Program-made: the position numbers and the translations under genes
The notes under the pieces: generated by a model
What the model saw: the letters and a program-made list of their open reading frames with translations, nothing else
Database searches by the model: none
What the model was told of the DNA's origin: nothing
Source of the DNA: Actinomycetota bacterium
GTDB taxonomy: Bacteria > Actinomycetota > Actinomycetes > Streptosporangiales > Streptosporangiaceae
Assembly (NCBI GenBank): GCA_003136255.1
Contig: PLDT01000083.1
Coordinates: forward strand, 2,899 to 61,295
DNA length: 58,397 nucleotides
Direction of reading: 5' to 3'
Part shown: positions 1 to 9,528 of the stretch, one piece after another
Layout of the letters: every line of letters starts with the position of its first letter
How positions within the stretch are numbered: the first letter of the stretch is position 1

Positions 1-429
1 GGTTCCGGTGTCCTCCAGAGCCACGATGCGGTCAGCGGGGACGGGCGCGAGGACGCCGAAGAAATGCTCGAGCGCGTTGCCGTAGACCAGCCGAGCGCCG
101 GCCATGAGCCTGCTCGGATCGGCGAGATGCCGCGCGCCCCGCTGATGGACGACGATCTGAGCCCCCGGATACAGGGCCGCGATATCGCCCGCGCCGCCGG
201 CGTGGTCGAGGTGGATGTGCGTCACCACCACGGTGGCCAGATCCCCGGCGGCGATCCCGAGCTGGGCCAGGGCGTCTCGCACCACCGGGGCCGACGGCGC
301 GGTTCCGGTCTCCACCAGGCACGGCCGGTCGCTGCGGATCAAGTAGGCCGCGGTAATCCCGTCGTACCCAGCCATCCGGGTATCGATCTGGAACACCTCA
401 TGGCCCAGCGGGGTAATGTCCTCGTCCAC
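1..429 (-). CDS. MBL-fold metallo-hydrolase; the C-terminus lies beyond the window edge
   Basis: The minus-strand frame reads ...MAGYDGITAAYLIRSDRPCLVETG...TVVVTHIHLDHAGGAGDIAAL..., which contains the HxHxDH zinc motif. The start is GTG at 429 or ATG at 375. The ORF is absent from the track because no stop falls inside the window. Confidence 0.75.
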   Translation of the reverse strand, partial: MDEDITPLGHEVFQIDTRMAGYDGITAAYLIRSDRPCLVETGTAPSAPVVRDALAQLGIAAGDLATVVVTHIHLDHAGGAGDIAALYPGAQIVVHQRGARHLADPSRLMAGARLVYGNALEHFFGVLAPVPADRIVALEDTGT

Positions 430-455
430 CGGGTCATTGTCGCAGACGGCCGGCC

Positions 456-1790
456 TCAGTCGGCCGGGCCGAACGTGCGCAGGACCAGCCCGGTGCGCGG
501 CTTGGGTCCGAACGACGTGGACTTACGCGGCACTCGCTCGCCCTGCGCGGCGATCTGGATGACCGCGTCGAACGAGGGCGGGTTGCAGATCACGGCGGTC
601 GCCGCCGTGCTGGTCGCCGCGCGCACCGCGTCGGCCGCGTCATGATTGATCAACACCTCGCGCTCGCTGTCGGTGATGCCCCACAGGCGGCCCATCAGCA
701 GCTGCTGCATGACCGACGCGTCCAGGCACCGCCAGGGAGGGGAGGCGCCGGCTGGCATCGAGGCCGCGACCTGCACCGGGTCCGGCTGACTGAGCAGCCA
801 GAAGCTGGGCGCCTCGGCCGAACCGCCGGCCAGCAGGAACGCGGTCCCCTCGCGCCCGGCCGCGGCCAGGCACTCCCGTGCGCGGGCCAGGCCGCAGCCG
901 GCGGGCAGGTCCTGCACGGCGAACCCGGCCTTGGCCAGCTCGACGGCGCGATCCAGCGGCAGGCCCGGCAGCACCCGGTGGATCGGTCCCAGCCGCGGCG
1001 GGTAGGCGTCGGAGTCGACCAGGAACGCCAGTCCATAGTCCCAGGGCCCGGCGGCGCGCCCAGACGCCCGCTTGTCGGCCTGCAGGTCCAGGTAAGCCGC
1101 GTACCGATGGTGGCCGTCCGCGAGCAAGGCGCGGCGCCCGGCCAGGTCGGCCACGATGGCGTCCTGCTCGTCGGGATGGCCGAGCCGCCACAGCCGGTGT
1201 TTCACTCCGTCCTCGGTCGTGATCGACACGATCGGCGTGTGCTCGGCCGCGACGTGGTCGATGATCTCAGTGGCCGTGGGCCCGGCCTCATCGGACCGGG
1301 TTCCGGCGCGCTCGCCGTCGTAGATGAGCAAGATCGGCTCCAGGTTGGCCTGGGTCGCCGCCATCAGCGCTTTCCGGTCGGCCACCAGCCCCGGCATGAC
1401 GCCTTCGTGCGGCAGGATGCCCGCCGTCTCGGGCGAGCCGAGCCGGACCAGGCCGATGATGCCACGCTGGAGCCACGACGAGGCCTCGTCGGCCTGCTCG
1501 TACAGGTACAGCGCAGGCATCCGGTCCCTGATCAGCACGCCCGCCGACAGCCACTCGCGCAGCAGGCTGGCCGCGACCCGGTCCGCATCGGCGCCCTCGC
1601 CTGGCAGGATAAGACGGACAACGTTATGCGGGTCGGCCGCCCGTAGATGCTCGAGAACGCCTTCGCTGATCACGTCGTACGGTGGGGACGTGACGTTAGC
1701 GATGCCGCTCACCCGGTCACGGGCGTAACGGATGCCGCGGAAGGGTGCCAGCACGAGACCGGAACCGGAGTCGGACGGAAGGGTTTGCAC
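456..1790 (-). CDS. DUF1015 domain protein
   Basis: 444-aa ORF with APFRGIRY and TSPPYDVI motifs typical of DUF1015. An alternative GTG start at 1754 (VLAPFRGIRY) is plausible, because the longest start lies only 3 bp from the divergent neighbour. Confidence 0.82.
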   Translation of the reverse strand: MQTLPSDSGSGLVLAPFRGIRYARDRVSGIANVTSPPYDVISEGVLEHLRAADPHNVVRLILPGEGADADRVAASLLREWLSAGVLIRDRMPALYLYEQADEASSWLQRGIIGLVRLGSPETAGILPHEGVMPGLVADRKALMAATQANLEPILLIYDGERAGTRSDEAGPTATEIIDHVAAEHTPIVSITTEDGVKHRLWRLGHPDEQDAIVADLAGRRALLADGHHRYAAYLDLQADKRASGRAAGPWDYGLAFLVDSDAYPPRLGPIHRVLPGLPLDRAVELAKAGFAVQDLPAGCGLARARECLAAAGREGTAFLLAGGSAEAPSFWLLSQPDPVQVAASMPAGASPPWRCLDASVMQQLLMGRLWGITDSEREVLINHDAADAVRAATSTAATAVICNPPSFDAVIQIAAQGERVPRKSTSFGPKPRTGLVLRTFGPAD

Positions 1791-1793
1791 ACC

Positions 1794-2246
1794 ATGTCAG
1801 AAGGATCGAGCGTGAGCGGTGATTCCCGTCAGGAGGAAAGCTTCCCTAGCCAGGCTCTTCCTGACGGAGATGTGCACGTGTGGTACCTGCGCGGCATGGA
1901 GCTTCTCGGCAGCGGCAACCCCGCGGCCGCGGCCCAGGTGCTGCAGCGCGCCTCGACCGCCGAGCCGGCCTCCCGCAGCATACGGGAGGCCCTGGCGCGG
2001 GCCCAGTTCGACGCGGGCCGGTACGCGGAGGCGGCGGGCAATTTCCGGATGATCGTGGAGGCGAGCCCCTCGGATGACTACGCGCACTTCGGCCTCGGGC
2101 TGGCCCTAGCCCGGACTGGGCACCACGCCGCCGCGGCCGAGTACCTGGCCCTAGCCGCCGCCATGCGACCCGACGCAGCGCACTACACCGAAGCCCTGCG
2201 GTCGGTCCGCGCCACCTTGCGCGCCCAGACGGAAGGCAATCGATGA
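1794..2246 (+). CDS. tetratricopeptide-repeat protein
   Basis: In-frame ATG at 1794 within ORF 1647-2246. Ala-rich TPR-like helical repeats (AAAQVLQRA..., YAEAAGNFRMIVEASP..., HFGLGLALARTG). The stop overlaps the next start (ATGA). Confidence 0.65.
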   Translation: MSEGSSVSGDSRQEESFPSQALPDGDVHVWYLRGMELLGSGNPAAAAQVLQRASTAEPASRSIREALARAQFDAGRYAEAAGNFRMIVEASPSDDYAHFGLGLALARTGHHAAAAEYLALAAAMRPDAAHYTEALRSVRATLRAQTEGNR

Positions 2247-3265
2247 CGTCAACCCCGAACGTCCTGCGCGGCAGCACCGAACCTCTCGACACCGCCTATG
2301 ACGTCGCGCTGCTCGACCTGGACGGAACCGTCTACCTGAGCGGCGCCGCGATCCCCGGAGCGGCCGAGGCGCTTCGCAAGGCCGCCGCCGCGGGCATGCG
2401 CCTGGCCTACGTGACGAACAACGCCTCCCGCACGCCCGCCGCCATCGCCGCACTGCTGACCGGCTTCGGCGTCCCGGCCGCCGCGGCGGACGTGGTGACC
2501 TCCGCCCAGGCCGCCGCGCGGATGCTCGCCGACCGCCTCCCCCCGGGTGCTCCGGTCCTGGTGGTCGGGGGCAGCGGCCTGCGGATGGCCGTGCGGGAAC
2601 GCGGCCTGCGCCCGGTGAGCACCGCCGCCGACCAGCCGCGGGCCGTGGTCCAGGGCTATTCGCCGGACATCACCTACTCGCTGCTGGAGCAAGGCGGCCT
2701 AGCGGTCGCCGCGGGCGCCCTGTTCGTCGCGTCCAACGCCGATCTCACGCTGCCGACCCGGTACGGCATCCAGCCAGGAAACGGGTCGTTCATCCAGGTG
2801 ATCGCCACCGCGACCGGGGTCAGGCCGCTGGTGGCGGGTAAGCCCGAGCTGCCGCTGCAGCATGAGTCGATCCTGCGGACTGGCGCCAAGCACCCGCTGG
2901 TCGTCGGCGACCGGCTGGACACCGACATCGAGAGCGCGCAGCGGGCCGACGCGGACAGCCTGCTCGTGCTGACCGGGGTGACCAGCCCCGCGGACGCCAT
3001 CCTCGCGCCACCCTTGCAGCGCCCGACGTACCTGGCCGAGGATCTGGCCGGGCTGCTCGGACCGCATCCCGAGGTCACTAGCACCGGCGGGACGTACCGC
3101 TGCGGCGGATGGACGGCCAGCCGGGACGGGGGCCAGCTGAAGCTGGCCGGCGGCGGGGCACGCATCGACGGCCTGCGAGCCTTGTGTGCGGCGGCCTGGA
3201 CCGGCGACGACGTCACTTCGGAATCGGCCCGCGCCGCAGCCCAGCGCCTGGACGCCGCCCGCTGA
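2243..3265 (+). CDS. HAD-superfamily hydrolase, subfamily IIA (NagD-like)
   Basis: DLDGTVY (DxDGT) nucleophile motif, YVTNNASR, and GDRLDTDI motif IV. 340 aa with a C-terminal extension. Confidence 0.85.
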   Translation: MTSTPNVLRGSTEPLDTAYDVALLDLDGTVYLSGAAIPGAAEALRKAAAAGMRLAYVTNNASRTPAAIAALLTGFGVPAAAADVVTSAQAAARMLADRLPPGAPVLVVGGSGLRMAVRERGLRPVSTAADQPRAVVQGYSPDITYSLLEQGGLAVAAGALFVASNADLTLPTRYGIQPGNGSFIQVIATATGVRPLVAGKPELPLQHESILRTGAKHPLVVGDRLDTDIESAQRADADSLLVLTGVTSPADAILAPPLQRPTYLAEDLAGLLGPHPEVTSTGGTYRCGGWTASRDGGQLKLAGGGARIDGLRALCAAAWTGDDVTSESARAAAQRLDAAR

Positions 3266-3444
3266 AGCACCACCCCGAGCCCATGCGCCGTGTATGCTAT
3301 CGGCCATGCCAGGCCGCGCAGTCCGCGAATACGGCGACCACTTTAGTGTCGCCGCCGCACTGACGCTGCGCGTGTCCTGTCCTTCGTGTTGTCGCTGACA
3401 ACGACTCTCAGCTGACCGTTGTCACCGGGGCTCATCGCCGCCCC

Positions 3445-3948
3445 ATGATGCTCACGAAGGATGTTCCGTTGATCGCCGACATGTCTGTCGCTCCGGAGAT
3501 CGCCAGGCTCGCTGAAGCCGTCCTGTTCGTCCCGGCGCAGCCTGCCGCACCAAACGCGCAACCGCCTGACCGCCCGGAAGGTCAGGCCGGGAACACGCTG
3601 ACCCTCGGCACCCTCGCCGGCCGGCTGCGATCAATCGCGGCTGCCCCCGAGCGCTGGTGGGCCCTGGTCCGCTTCGAGCCGGGTCGTTCGGTCCAGATCA
3701 TGGTGGAAGAATGCGCGGCCTACCGGGCTTGGCTCGTGGTCCTGCCACCCGGCGACGCCGGGCAGAGCTGCGACTGCGACGTGGCCACGATGATCGCCGG
3801 CGAGGCGACCGAGGGCCCGCCGGCCAGCGCGGTGCTGCGCCCCGGCCCGGTCCGGGTGCACGGCCAGCAGCACCGCCTGCACGGCCGGGGTACGGGGTAT
3901 TCGATCAGCCTTCACGCTCGTGCTCACCGGCCGGTTAGGAAGAGGTAA
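3445..3948 (+). CDS. hypothetical protein, cysteine-dioxygenase-like cupin pattern with a degenerate metal motif
   Basis: 167-aa ORF. AWLVVLPPGDAGQSCDCDVATMIAGEATEG ... LRPGPVRVHG ... SISLHA resembles the CDO-type cupin layout, but with CDCD where HDH is expected. The start is uncertain. Confidence 0.45.
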   Translation: MMLTKDVPLIADMSVAPEIARLAEAVLFVPAQPAAPNAQPPDRPEGQAGNTLTLGTLAGRLRSIAAAPERWWALVRFEPGRSVQIMVEECAAYRAWLVVLPPGDAGQSCDCDVATMIAGEATEGPPASAVLRPGPVRVHGQQHRLHGRGTGYSISLHARAHRPVRKR

Positions 3949-4007
3949 TAGGCTGAACGGGCCGTGGTGGCACTTTCCGGACGGTGCCACTAGAGAGGAA
4001 TCATCCG

Positions 4008-4982
4008 ATGATTGAGGTACGGGGGCTCGTCAAGCGATACGGCGACAAGATCGCCGTCAACGACCTGTCATTCGACGTCGAGCCGGGCCACGTGACCGGT
4101 TTCCTCGGCCCGAACGGCGCAGGCAAGACCACCACCATGCGGCTGATTCTCGGCCTTGACTACCCGGACGCCGGGGCGGCCAAGATCCACGGCAAGCGGT
4201 ACGCGGGCCTGGCCTATCCGATGCGCGAGGTGGGCGCGCTGATCGACGCCAAGGCGGTGCACGGCGGCCGGTCCGCCTACAACCACCTGCTTTGCCTGGC
4301 CCAGACGAACAACCTGCCCAAGCGCCGGGTGGGCGAGGTGCTCGAACTCGTCGGGCTGACCGAGGTCGCGCGCAAGCGCGCTAAGGGCTTTTCGCTCGGC
4401 ATGTCGCAGCGGCTCGGCATCGCCGGCACCTTGCTCGGCGACCCGGCCGTGCTCATGTTCGACGAGCCGGTCAACGGGCTGGACCCCGAGGGGATCTTGT
4501 GGATCCGGAACCTGATGAAGGCGCTGGCCGCCGAGGGCCGGACGGTGTTCGTCTCCAGTCATCTGATGTCGGAGATGGAGAACACCGCGGATCACCTGAT
4601 CGTGATCGGCCGCGGCAGCTTGCTCGCCGACTGCACCATGGAGGAGTTCATCGCGCGCAGCTCCGGCCAGACCGTCCGGGTACGCACCCCGCAGCTCGAC
4701 CTGCTGTCCAAGGCGGTGTCGGAGACGGTCCCCGAGGCCACCACGGCAGGTACCGCCGCGGTCAGGCCGACGGCTACCACCGAGGCGGACGGCTCGCTGA
4801 CCGTGCACGGGCTCACCGCGGCCCAGATCGGTGATCTCGCCTTCGACCACGGCGTGCGGCTGCACGAGTTGACCGTGGTCCGTGCCTCCCTGGAGGCGGC
4901 CTTCATGGAGCTGACCGCCGACAGCGTGGAGTACCGGGCCGGCCAGGAACAACCCGTCCCGGTCAGCGGAGGGGTGGTCTGA
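4008..4982 (+). CDS. ABC transporter ATP-binding protein (ABC-2 exporter type)
   Basis: Walker A GPNGAGKTT, signature FSLGMSQRLG, Walker B VLMFDEP. ATG 4008 is preceded by a GAGAGGA RBS; the track start at 3984 is probably too long. Confidence 0.9.
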   Translation: MIEVRGLVKRYGDKIAVNDLSFDVEPGHVTGFLGPNGAGKTTTMRLILGLDYPDAGAAKIHGKRYAGLAYPMREVGALIDAKAVHGGRSAYNHLLCLAQTNNLPKRRVGEVLELVGLTEVARKRAKGFSLGMSQRLGIAGTLLGDPAVLMFDEPVNGLDPEGILWIRNLMKALAAEGRTVFVSSHLMSEMENTADHLIVIGRGSLLADCTMEEFIARSSGQTVRVRTPQLDLLSKAVSETVPEATTAGTAAVRPTATTEADGSLTVHGLTAAQIGDLAFDHGVRLHELTVVRASLEAAFMELTADSVEYRAGQEQPVPVSGGVV

Positions 4983-4983
4983 G

Positions 4984-5826
4984 ATGGCGGTCACGACGCA
5001 GGTCCAGCCCATCCTTAACGCGCTGCCGACCGTCTCCGGGCGGGCCGGCCTCGGCGGCACGCTGCGCTCGGAGTTCACCAAGATCCGCTCGGTCCGCTCC
5101 ACCTACTGGACGCTGCTCGTGCTGCTGGTGGTCAGCGTCGGCATCGGGGCGGCCATCAGCGCCGGGACGGCGGCCAACTGGTCGCGTATGTCACCCGCGA
5201 GCCAGGCCAGCTTCGACCCGACCCAGGCCAGTGTGGCCGGACTGTTCTACCTGGGCCAGCTGGTCATCGTGGTGCTCGGGGCGATGACGCTCACCGCCGA
5301 GTACTCCACCGGGATGATCCGCACCTCGCTGACCGCGATGCCTAGGCGGGCCGTGGTCTACGCCGCCAAAGCCATCGTCTTCGCCGTCGTCGCCCTGGTC
5401 GTCACGTTCGTCGCCGCGTTCATCTCGTTCTTCCTGGGCCAGGCGCTGCTGTCCAGCACGCACGACACCGCGACGCTATCGCAGCCGAACGTGCTGCGCG
5501 CCGTGGTCGGCAGCGCGTTGTACGTGACCATGTGCGGGCTGTTCGCGTTCGCGGTCGGCGCCATGCTGCGGCACACCGCGGGTGCCATCACGTCGGTGAT
5601 CGGGGTGCTGTTCGTGATCCCGATCCTCGTGCACCTGCTGCCGCAGAGTTGGTACCAGGACATCGTCAGGTGGCTGCCCGATGCCGCCGGCCGGGCCCTG
5701 TCGGTGACGGTCGGACCGCCTCCGCCCAACTTGTTCTCGGCCTGGAACCAGTACGCCGTGTTCGCCATCTACACCGCGATCCTGCTCGTGGTCGGCGCCG
5801 TCCTGTTCCGCAAGCGGGATGCGTGA
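4984..5826 (+). CDS. ABC-2 family transporter permease
   Basis: 280-aa multi-TM protein that starts 1 nt after the ATPase stop. The hydrophobic segment pattern is typical of ABC-2 permeases. Confidence 0.8.
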   Translation: MAVTTQVQPILNALPTVSGRAGLGGTLRSEFTKIRSVRSTYWTLLVLLVVSVGIGAAISAGTAANWSRMSPASQASFDPTQASVAGLFYLGQLVIVVLGAMTLTAEYSTGMIRTSLTAMPRRAVVYAAKAIVFAVVALVVTFVAAFISFFLGQALLSSTHDTATLSQPNVLRAVVGSALYVTMCGLFAFAVGAMLRHTAGAITSVIGVLFVIPILVHLLPQSWYQDIVRWLPDAAGRALSVTVGPPPPNLFSAWNQYAVFAIYTAILLVVGAVLFRKRDA

Positions 5827-5836
5827 CCGTAGACGC

Positions 5837-6652
5837 CTAAGCGGGTGAGGGCGGCAGGATCATGGCCAGCTGCCGGGACTGGGCGACCAGCGTGCCAGCC
5901 GAGTCCCACACCTCGAAGTCTTCCTCGTGGTAGCCGCCGCTGACGAAACGGGCCGCCACCCGGCAGGCCAGCCAGCCGGGCGCGGGGTGGGCCCGCAGAT
6001 GGACGGTGAGCTGCACGGTGGTCGACGTCACGCCGAGCTCGAGCACCGACGGCGCGGTCGAGTCGACCAGCAGCGGCAACGAGTAGAGGTCGGCCTCCCG
6101 GCCGTCGGTGAACCGCATCCAGAACTCGCTGGCCGGGCGCCCGGTCGGCTGGCCGAGAAACCAGCCCGGCAGTGATGCAGAGCGGAACTCGACGCGCTCG
6201 GCGATCGTGGCCACGCCGAACGACCCGACTGGCACGCCCACGCATTCCGCTGGCGGCGGCAGGTCCGGCGGCGCGCCCGCGGTGAAGGCCGGCCCGCAGG
6301 CGCCGAGCTTGACGAACGCCGCCGTGGCCCGGACCGTCTCCTTGCCCTGCTGCGACAGCACCGCCTCGCCGAACGCCGTCGTCCGCCCGCTGCGCACCAG
6401 GGACGTGCGGATCAGGGCCGGCCCGGCCGTGCCGGGCCGCAGGAAGAAGCCGGAGATCACGATCGGGTCCGGGAACGGCATCGCCACTGCGAGCGCCCGC
6501 AGGCACGTGGCCAGCATGTAACCGCCGTTGACCGCGCCGTTGGTCCCGTCCCACCGCCTGGTCAGCTCCGCCGCGAACTCCCCGCCGCCGGAAGCCCCGG
6601 AAGCCCCGCGCGCGACAACCCGGGTGTCCGCGTCGAACGCGAAATCACCCAT
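5837..6652 (-). CDS. acyl-CoA thioesterase-like (double hotdog) family protein
   Basis: 271-aa [16 protein letters not shown] and the overall pattern resemble TesB-like thioesterases. Its start overlaps the map stop by 8 nt. Confidence 0.68.
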   Translation of the reverse strand: MGDFAFDADTRVVARGASGASGGGEFAAELTRRWDGTNGAVNGGYMLATCLRALAVAMPFPDPIVISGFFLRPGTAGPALIRTSLVRSGRTTAFGEAVLSQQGKETVRATAAFVKLGACGPAFTAGAPPDLPPPAECVGVPVGSFGVATIAERVEFRSASLPGWFLGQPTGRPASEFWMRFTDGREADLYSLPLLVDSTAPSVLELGVTSTTVQLTVHLRAHPAPGWLACRVAARFVSGGYHEEDFEVWDSAGTLVAQSRQLAMILPPSPA

Positions 6653-7502
6653 ATAACGGCAGCGTCAAGATCTCGTGGCCGTCCTCGGTAACCAAGATGG
6701 TGTGCTCGAACTGCGCCGTGCGCCGCCGGTCCTTGGTCACCGCCGTCCAGCCGTCCGGCCAGACGTCGTAGTCGATCGTGCCCAGGGTGAGCATGGGCTC
6801 GATGGTGAACGTCATCCCCGGTTCCATGATCACGTCGCTGTGCGGGTCGTCGTAGTGCGGCACGATCAGCCCCGAATGGAACGTCCGGCCGATCCCGTGC
6901 CCGGTGAAGTCTCGCACCACCCCGTAGCCGAACCGCCGGGCGTAGGACTCGATCACCCGGCCGACCGCGTTCAGCGGGCGGCCCGGCGCCACGGCGCGGA
7001 TGCCCCGCATCATCGCCTCGTGCGTCCGCTCGACCAGCAGGCGGGACTCCTCGTCGACCTCACCGGCCAGGAAGGTCGCGTTGGTGTCCCCGTGCACGCC
7101 GCCGATGTACGCGGTGATGTCAACGTTGACGATGTCACCGTCGTTGATCAGCGTGTCGTCGGGGATCCCGTGGCAGATCACCTCGTTCAGCGAGGTGCAC
7201 AGCGACTTCGGGTAGCCGCGGTACCCGAGCGTGCTGGGGTAGGCGCCGTGGCTGACCAGGAAATCGTGGCCCACCTGGTCCAGGTGATCGGTCGTTACGC
7301 CCGGGGCCACCGCCTCGCCGACCGCCGCCAGCGCCTGGGCGGCCAGCTTGCCGGCCACCCGCATCTGCTCGATGATCTCGGGCGTCTTGACGTCCGGCTC
7401 GCCGGTCCTGGGGCGCTTCTTGCCCACGTACTCCGGCCGCGTGATGTCCGCGGGAACCTGGCGGGTGGGTGAAAGCCGGCCCGGATGAAGCACTGTCGCC
7501 AT
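6645..7502 (-). CDS. map: type I methionine aminopeptidase (class Ic, N-terminal extension)
   Basis: 285 aa. [19 protein letters not shown] extension; metal ligand context [38 protein letters not shown]. Confidence 0.95.
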   Translation of the reverse strand: MATVLHPGRLSPTRQVPADITRPEYVGKKRPRTGEPDVKTPEIIEQMRVAGKLAAQALAAVGEAVAPGVTTDHLDQVGHDFLVSHGAYPSTLGYRGYPKSLCTSLNEVICHGIPDDTLINDGDIVNVDITAYIGGVHGDTNATFLAGEVDEESRLLVERTHEAMMRGIRAVAPGRPLNAVGRVIESYARRFGYGVVRDFTGHGIGRTFHSGLIVPHYDDPHSDVIMEPGMTFTIEPMLTLGTIDYDVWPDGWTAVTKDRRRTAQFEHTILVTEDGHEILTLPLYG

Positions 7503-7516
7503 GCTTTGCGAGTCTA

Positions 7517-7693
7517 ATGTGCATGGACAACGACAAGCGATGGTGGTGGAGCCTTACCCGCCACACCGTGGAAGACGACGACGGCCCCACCCCGGGCAAG
7601 GACCGGCTGGGTCCCTTCCCCACCCCGGAGGCCGCGGCCGCCGCGCTGGAAACCGTCCAGCGCAGGAACGAGGAATGGGATTCCCGGGACTAA
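7517..7693 (+). CDS. small conserved actinobacterial protein (unknown function)
   Basis: [24 protein letters not shown]...[25 protein letters not shown]. It resembles small proteins I recall beside map in actinomycetes. The start is ATG 7517 or 7523. Confidence 0.55.
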   Translation: MCMDNDKRWWWSLTRHTVEDDDGPTPGKDRLGPFPTPEAAAAALETVQRRNEEWDSRD

Positions 7694-7702
7694 GCTGGGG
7701 GG

Positions 7703-8641
7703 GTGAGCGAACAGCTGCCTCCCGCGGCCCAGGCCCGGATGCAGGAAATCCGGCGTAGCGGCACGTGGGGCTCCGCGCTGACCTCGGACGAGTTCGCCGC
7801 GATCCGCAGCGTCGGCTTCGAGCCGGTCGGCCAGGTGCTCGGCGCTGCCGTGTACAACATCGGCTACACCGGCGGCTATAACTGCCCGGGCGCCTGGGGA
7901 TCCTGGGGTTACGGGGCCCCCGCCCGTACCGTCACCCAGGTCTCCAGCCAGGGCGGCTTCGGGTCGTTCGCCCCGCTGGTCAAGACCATGTACGAGGCGC
8001 GGCACAAGGCCCTCGACCGGATGACCACCGAGTGCGACCAACTCGGCGGGCACGGCGTGGTCGGCGTCCTGCTGACCATCGGGGCGTTCCCGGCCGGCGG
8101 ACTGGAGTTCAAGGCCATCGGCACCGCCATCCGCGCGCCCGGGGTGCCGCCCCTGGCCAACTGGAACAAGGACTCCGCTGGCCGCCGCCGGGCGCCCTTC
8201 ACCTCCGACCTTTCCGGGCAGGATTTCGCCAAGCTGATCATGAAGGGCTGGGTACCCGCCGGCCTCGCGCTCGGGATCTCGATCGGCTCCCGGCACGACG
8301 ACTGGCTGACCGTCGGCCAGACGCGGTGGGGATCCGGGAACGCCGAGGTCAGCGGCTACACCGAGCTGGTCAACGACGCCCGGCACGACGCCCGGGTGCA
8401 GCTGGAACGCGACGTCCGGCGGCTCGGCGGCGAGGGCGTGGTGATCGCCACCATGGACATGCGGGTACGGGAACGAGAATGTCCGGCCATGGAGGGCCGC
8501 CGCGACCACATCGTGGAGGCCACCACCATCGGCACCGCGATCGCCAGGTTCTCGCACTCGGAACAGCAGCACGTCGGCCCGACGCTGGCCATCATGTCCC
8601 TCGACCCCCAGCGCCGCCAGGCCGCCAGAATTCGGATATAG
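7703..8641 (+). CDS. YbjQ/DUF74 (heavy-metal-binding) domain protein, two-domain form
   Basis: 312 aa. The pattern TSDEF..IRSVGFEPVGQVLG..VY is repeated, plus GHGVVGV...FKAIGTAI, typical of UPF0145/YbjQ. Confidence 0.72.
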   Translation: MSEQLPPAAQARMQEIRRSGTWGSALTSDEFAAIRSVGFEPVGQVLGAAVYNIGYTGGYNCPGAWGSWGYGAPARTVTQVSSQGGFGSFAPLVKTMYEARHKALDRMTTECDQLGGHGVVGVLLTIGAFPAGGLEFKAIGTAIRAPGVPPLANWNKDSAGRRRAPFTSDLSGQDFAKLIMKGWVPAGLALGISIGSRHDDWLTVGQTRWGSGNAEVSGYTELVNDARHDARVQLERDVRRLGGEGVVIATMDMRVRERECPAMEGRRDHIVEATTIGTAIARFSHSEQQHVGPTLAIMSLDPQRRQAARIRI

Positions 8642-8649
8642 GAGAGAGC

Positions 8650-9501
8650 ATGACCGACCAAGGCAACATCACCGCGGAGTTGGATGCCGCCGGGGTCCCG
8701 CAGGATGCCATGCGCCGCCTGGCCGAGCTGCAGCCCGGCAAGGCCGGCTCGATCTTCACCTCCGACCTGTCGGTCAACGAGTTCCTGCTGGTCCGGGAGG
8801 CCGGGTTCCGGCCGCTCGGCCTGGTGCTCGGCAGCTCGATCTACCACGTCGGGCTGCAGGTCGGCCGGTGGGGCCGCAACCAGGAGCTCGACGTGCTGTC
8901 CCAGGCCATGTACCACGCCCGCGAGCTGGCCATGACCCGGATGGAGGCCGAGGCCGACGCGCTGCGCGCCGACGGGATCGTCGGCGTCCGGCTAGACGTG
9001 GAGCTGAAGGAGTTCGGCGCCGACATCGCCGAGTTCATCGCGGTCGGCACGGCGGTCAAGGCCGAGGAGGGCGCCGGCGGCGGCGGCGTCGACAACTGGC
9101 GCAACAACAAGAACCAGCCGTTCACCTCGGACCTATCCGGCCAGGACTTCTGGACGCTGATCCGGGCCGGCTACGCGCCGCTCGGCATGGTGATGGGCAC
9201 GTGCGTGTACCACATCGCGCACCAGAAGATCGGCGCCAAGATGGGCAACATCGGCCGCAACGTGGAGATCGAGCAGTTCACCCAGGCCCTCTACGACGCC
9301 CGCGAGCTGGCCATGAGCCGGATGCAGGCCGAGGCCGAGGCCCTGCACGCCGAGGGCATTGTGGGCGTCCAGCTGCGCCAGCACAGCCACACCTGGGGCT
9401 CGCACACCACCGAGTTCTTCGCCATCGGCACCGCCGTGCGCCCGCTGCGCCCCGACCACATCATCGAGCGCCCCACCATGGTCCTGACCCTGGACGCCTG
9501 A
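8650..9501 (+). CDS. YbjQ/DUF74 domain protein, two-domain form (paralog of the upstream gene)
   Basis: ATG 8650 follows a GGAGAGAG RBS. FTSDLSVNEFLLVREAGFRPLGLVLGSSIYHVG and FTSDLSGQDFWTLIRAGYAPLGMVMGTCVYHI repeats; ADGIVGV / AEGIVGV motifs. The upstream part of track ORF 8032-9501 is a shadow frame. Confidence 0.75.
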   Translation: MTDQGNITAELDAAGVPQDAMRRLAELQPGKAGSIFTSDLSVNEFLLVREAGFRPLGLVLGSSIYHVGLQVGRWGRNQELDVLSQAMYHARELAMTRMEAEADALRADGIVGVRLDVELKEFGADIAEFIAVGTAVKAEEGAGGGGVDNWRNNKNQPFTSDLSGQDFWTLIRAGYAPLGMVMGTCVYHIAHQKIGAKMGNIGRNVEIEQFTQALYDARELAMSRMQAEAEALHAEGIVGVQLRQHSHTWGSHTTEFFAIGTAVRPLRPDHIIERPTMVLTLDA

Positions 9502-9528
9502 CCAGCGAAATCCGCTAGGCGGAGCCTG

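Noticed and set aside
64-645. 193-aa plus-strand ORF at the left edge
   Set aside because: It overlaps the minus-strand MBL-hydrolase frame (THIHLDHAGG) and the 3' end of the DUF1015 gene. No motifs.
1754-1794. Apparent 3-bp spacing between the divergent DUF1015 and TPR gene starts
   Set aside because: Most likely an artefact of taking the longest ORFs. An internal GTG at 1754 gives the family-typical N-terminus (V)LAPFRGIRY and restores about 40 bp of intergenic space.
8032-8649. Long N-terminal extension of the second YbjQ ORF (track ORF 8032-9501)
   Set aside because: The extension is Arg/Pro/Gly-rich and overlaps the first YbjQ gene in another frame. ATG 8650 has a good RBS and begins the recognisable domain.
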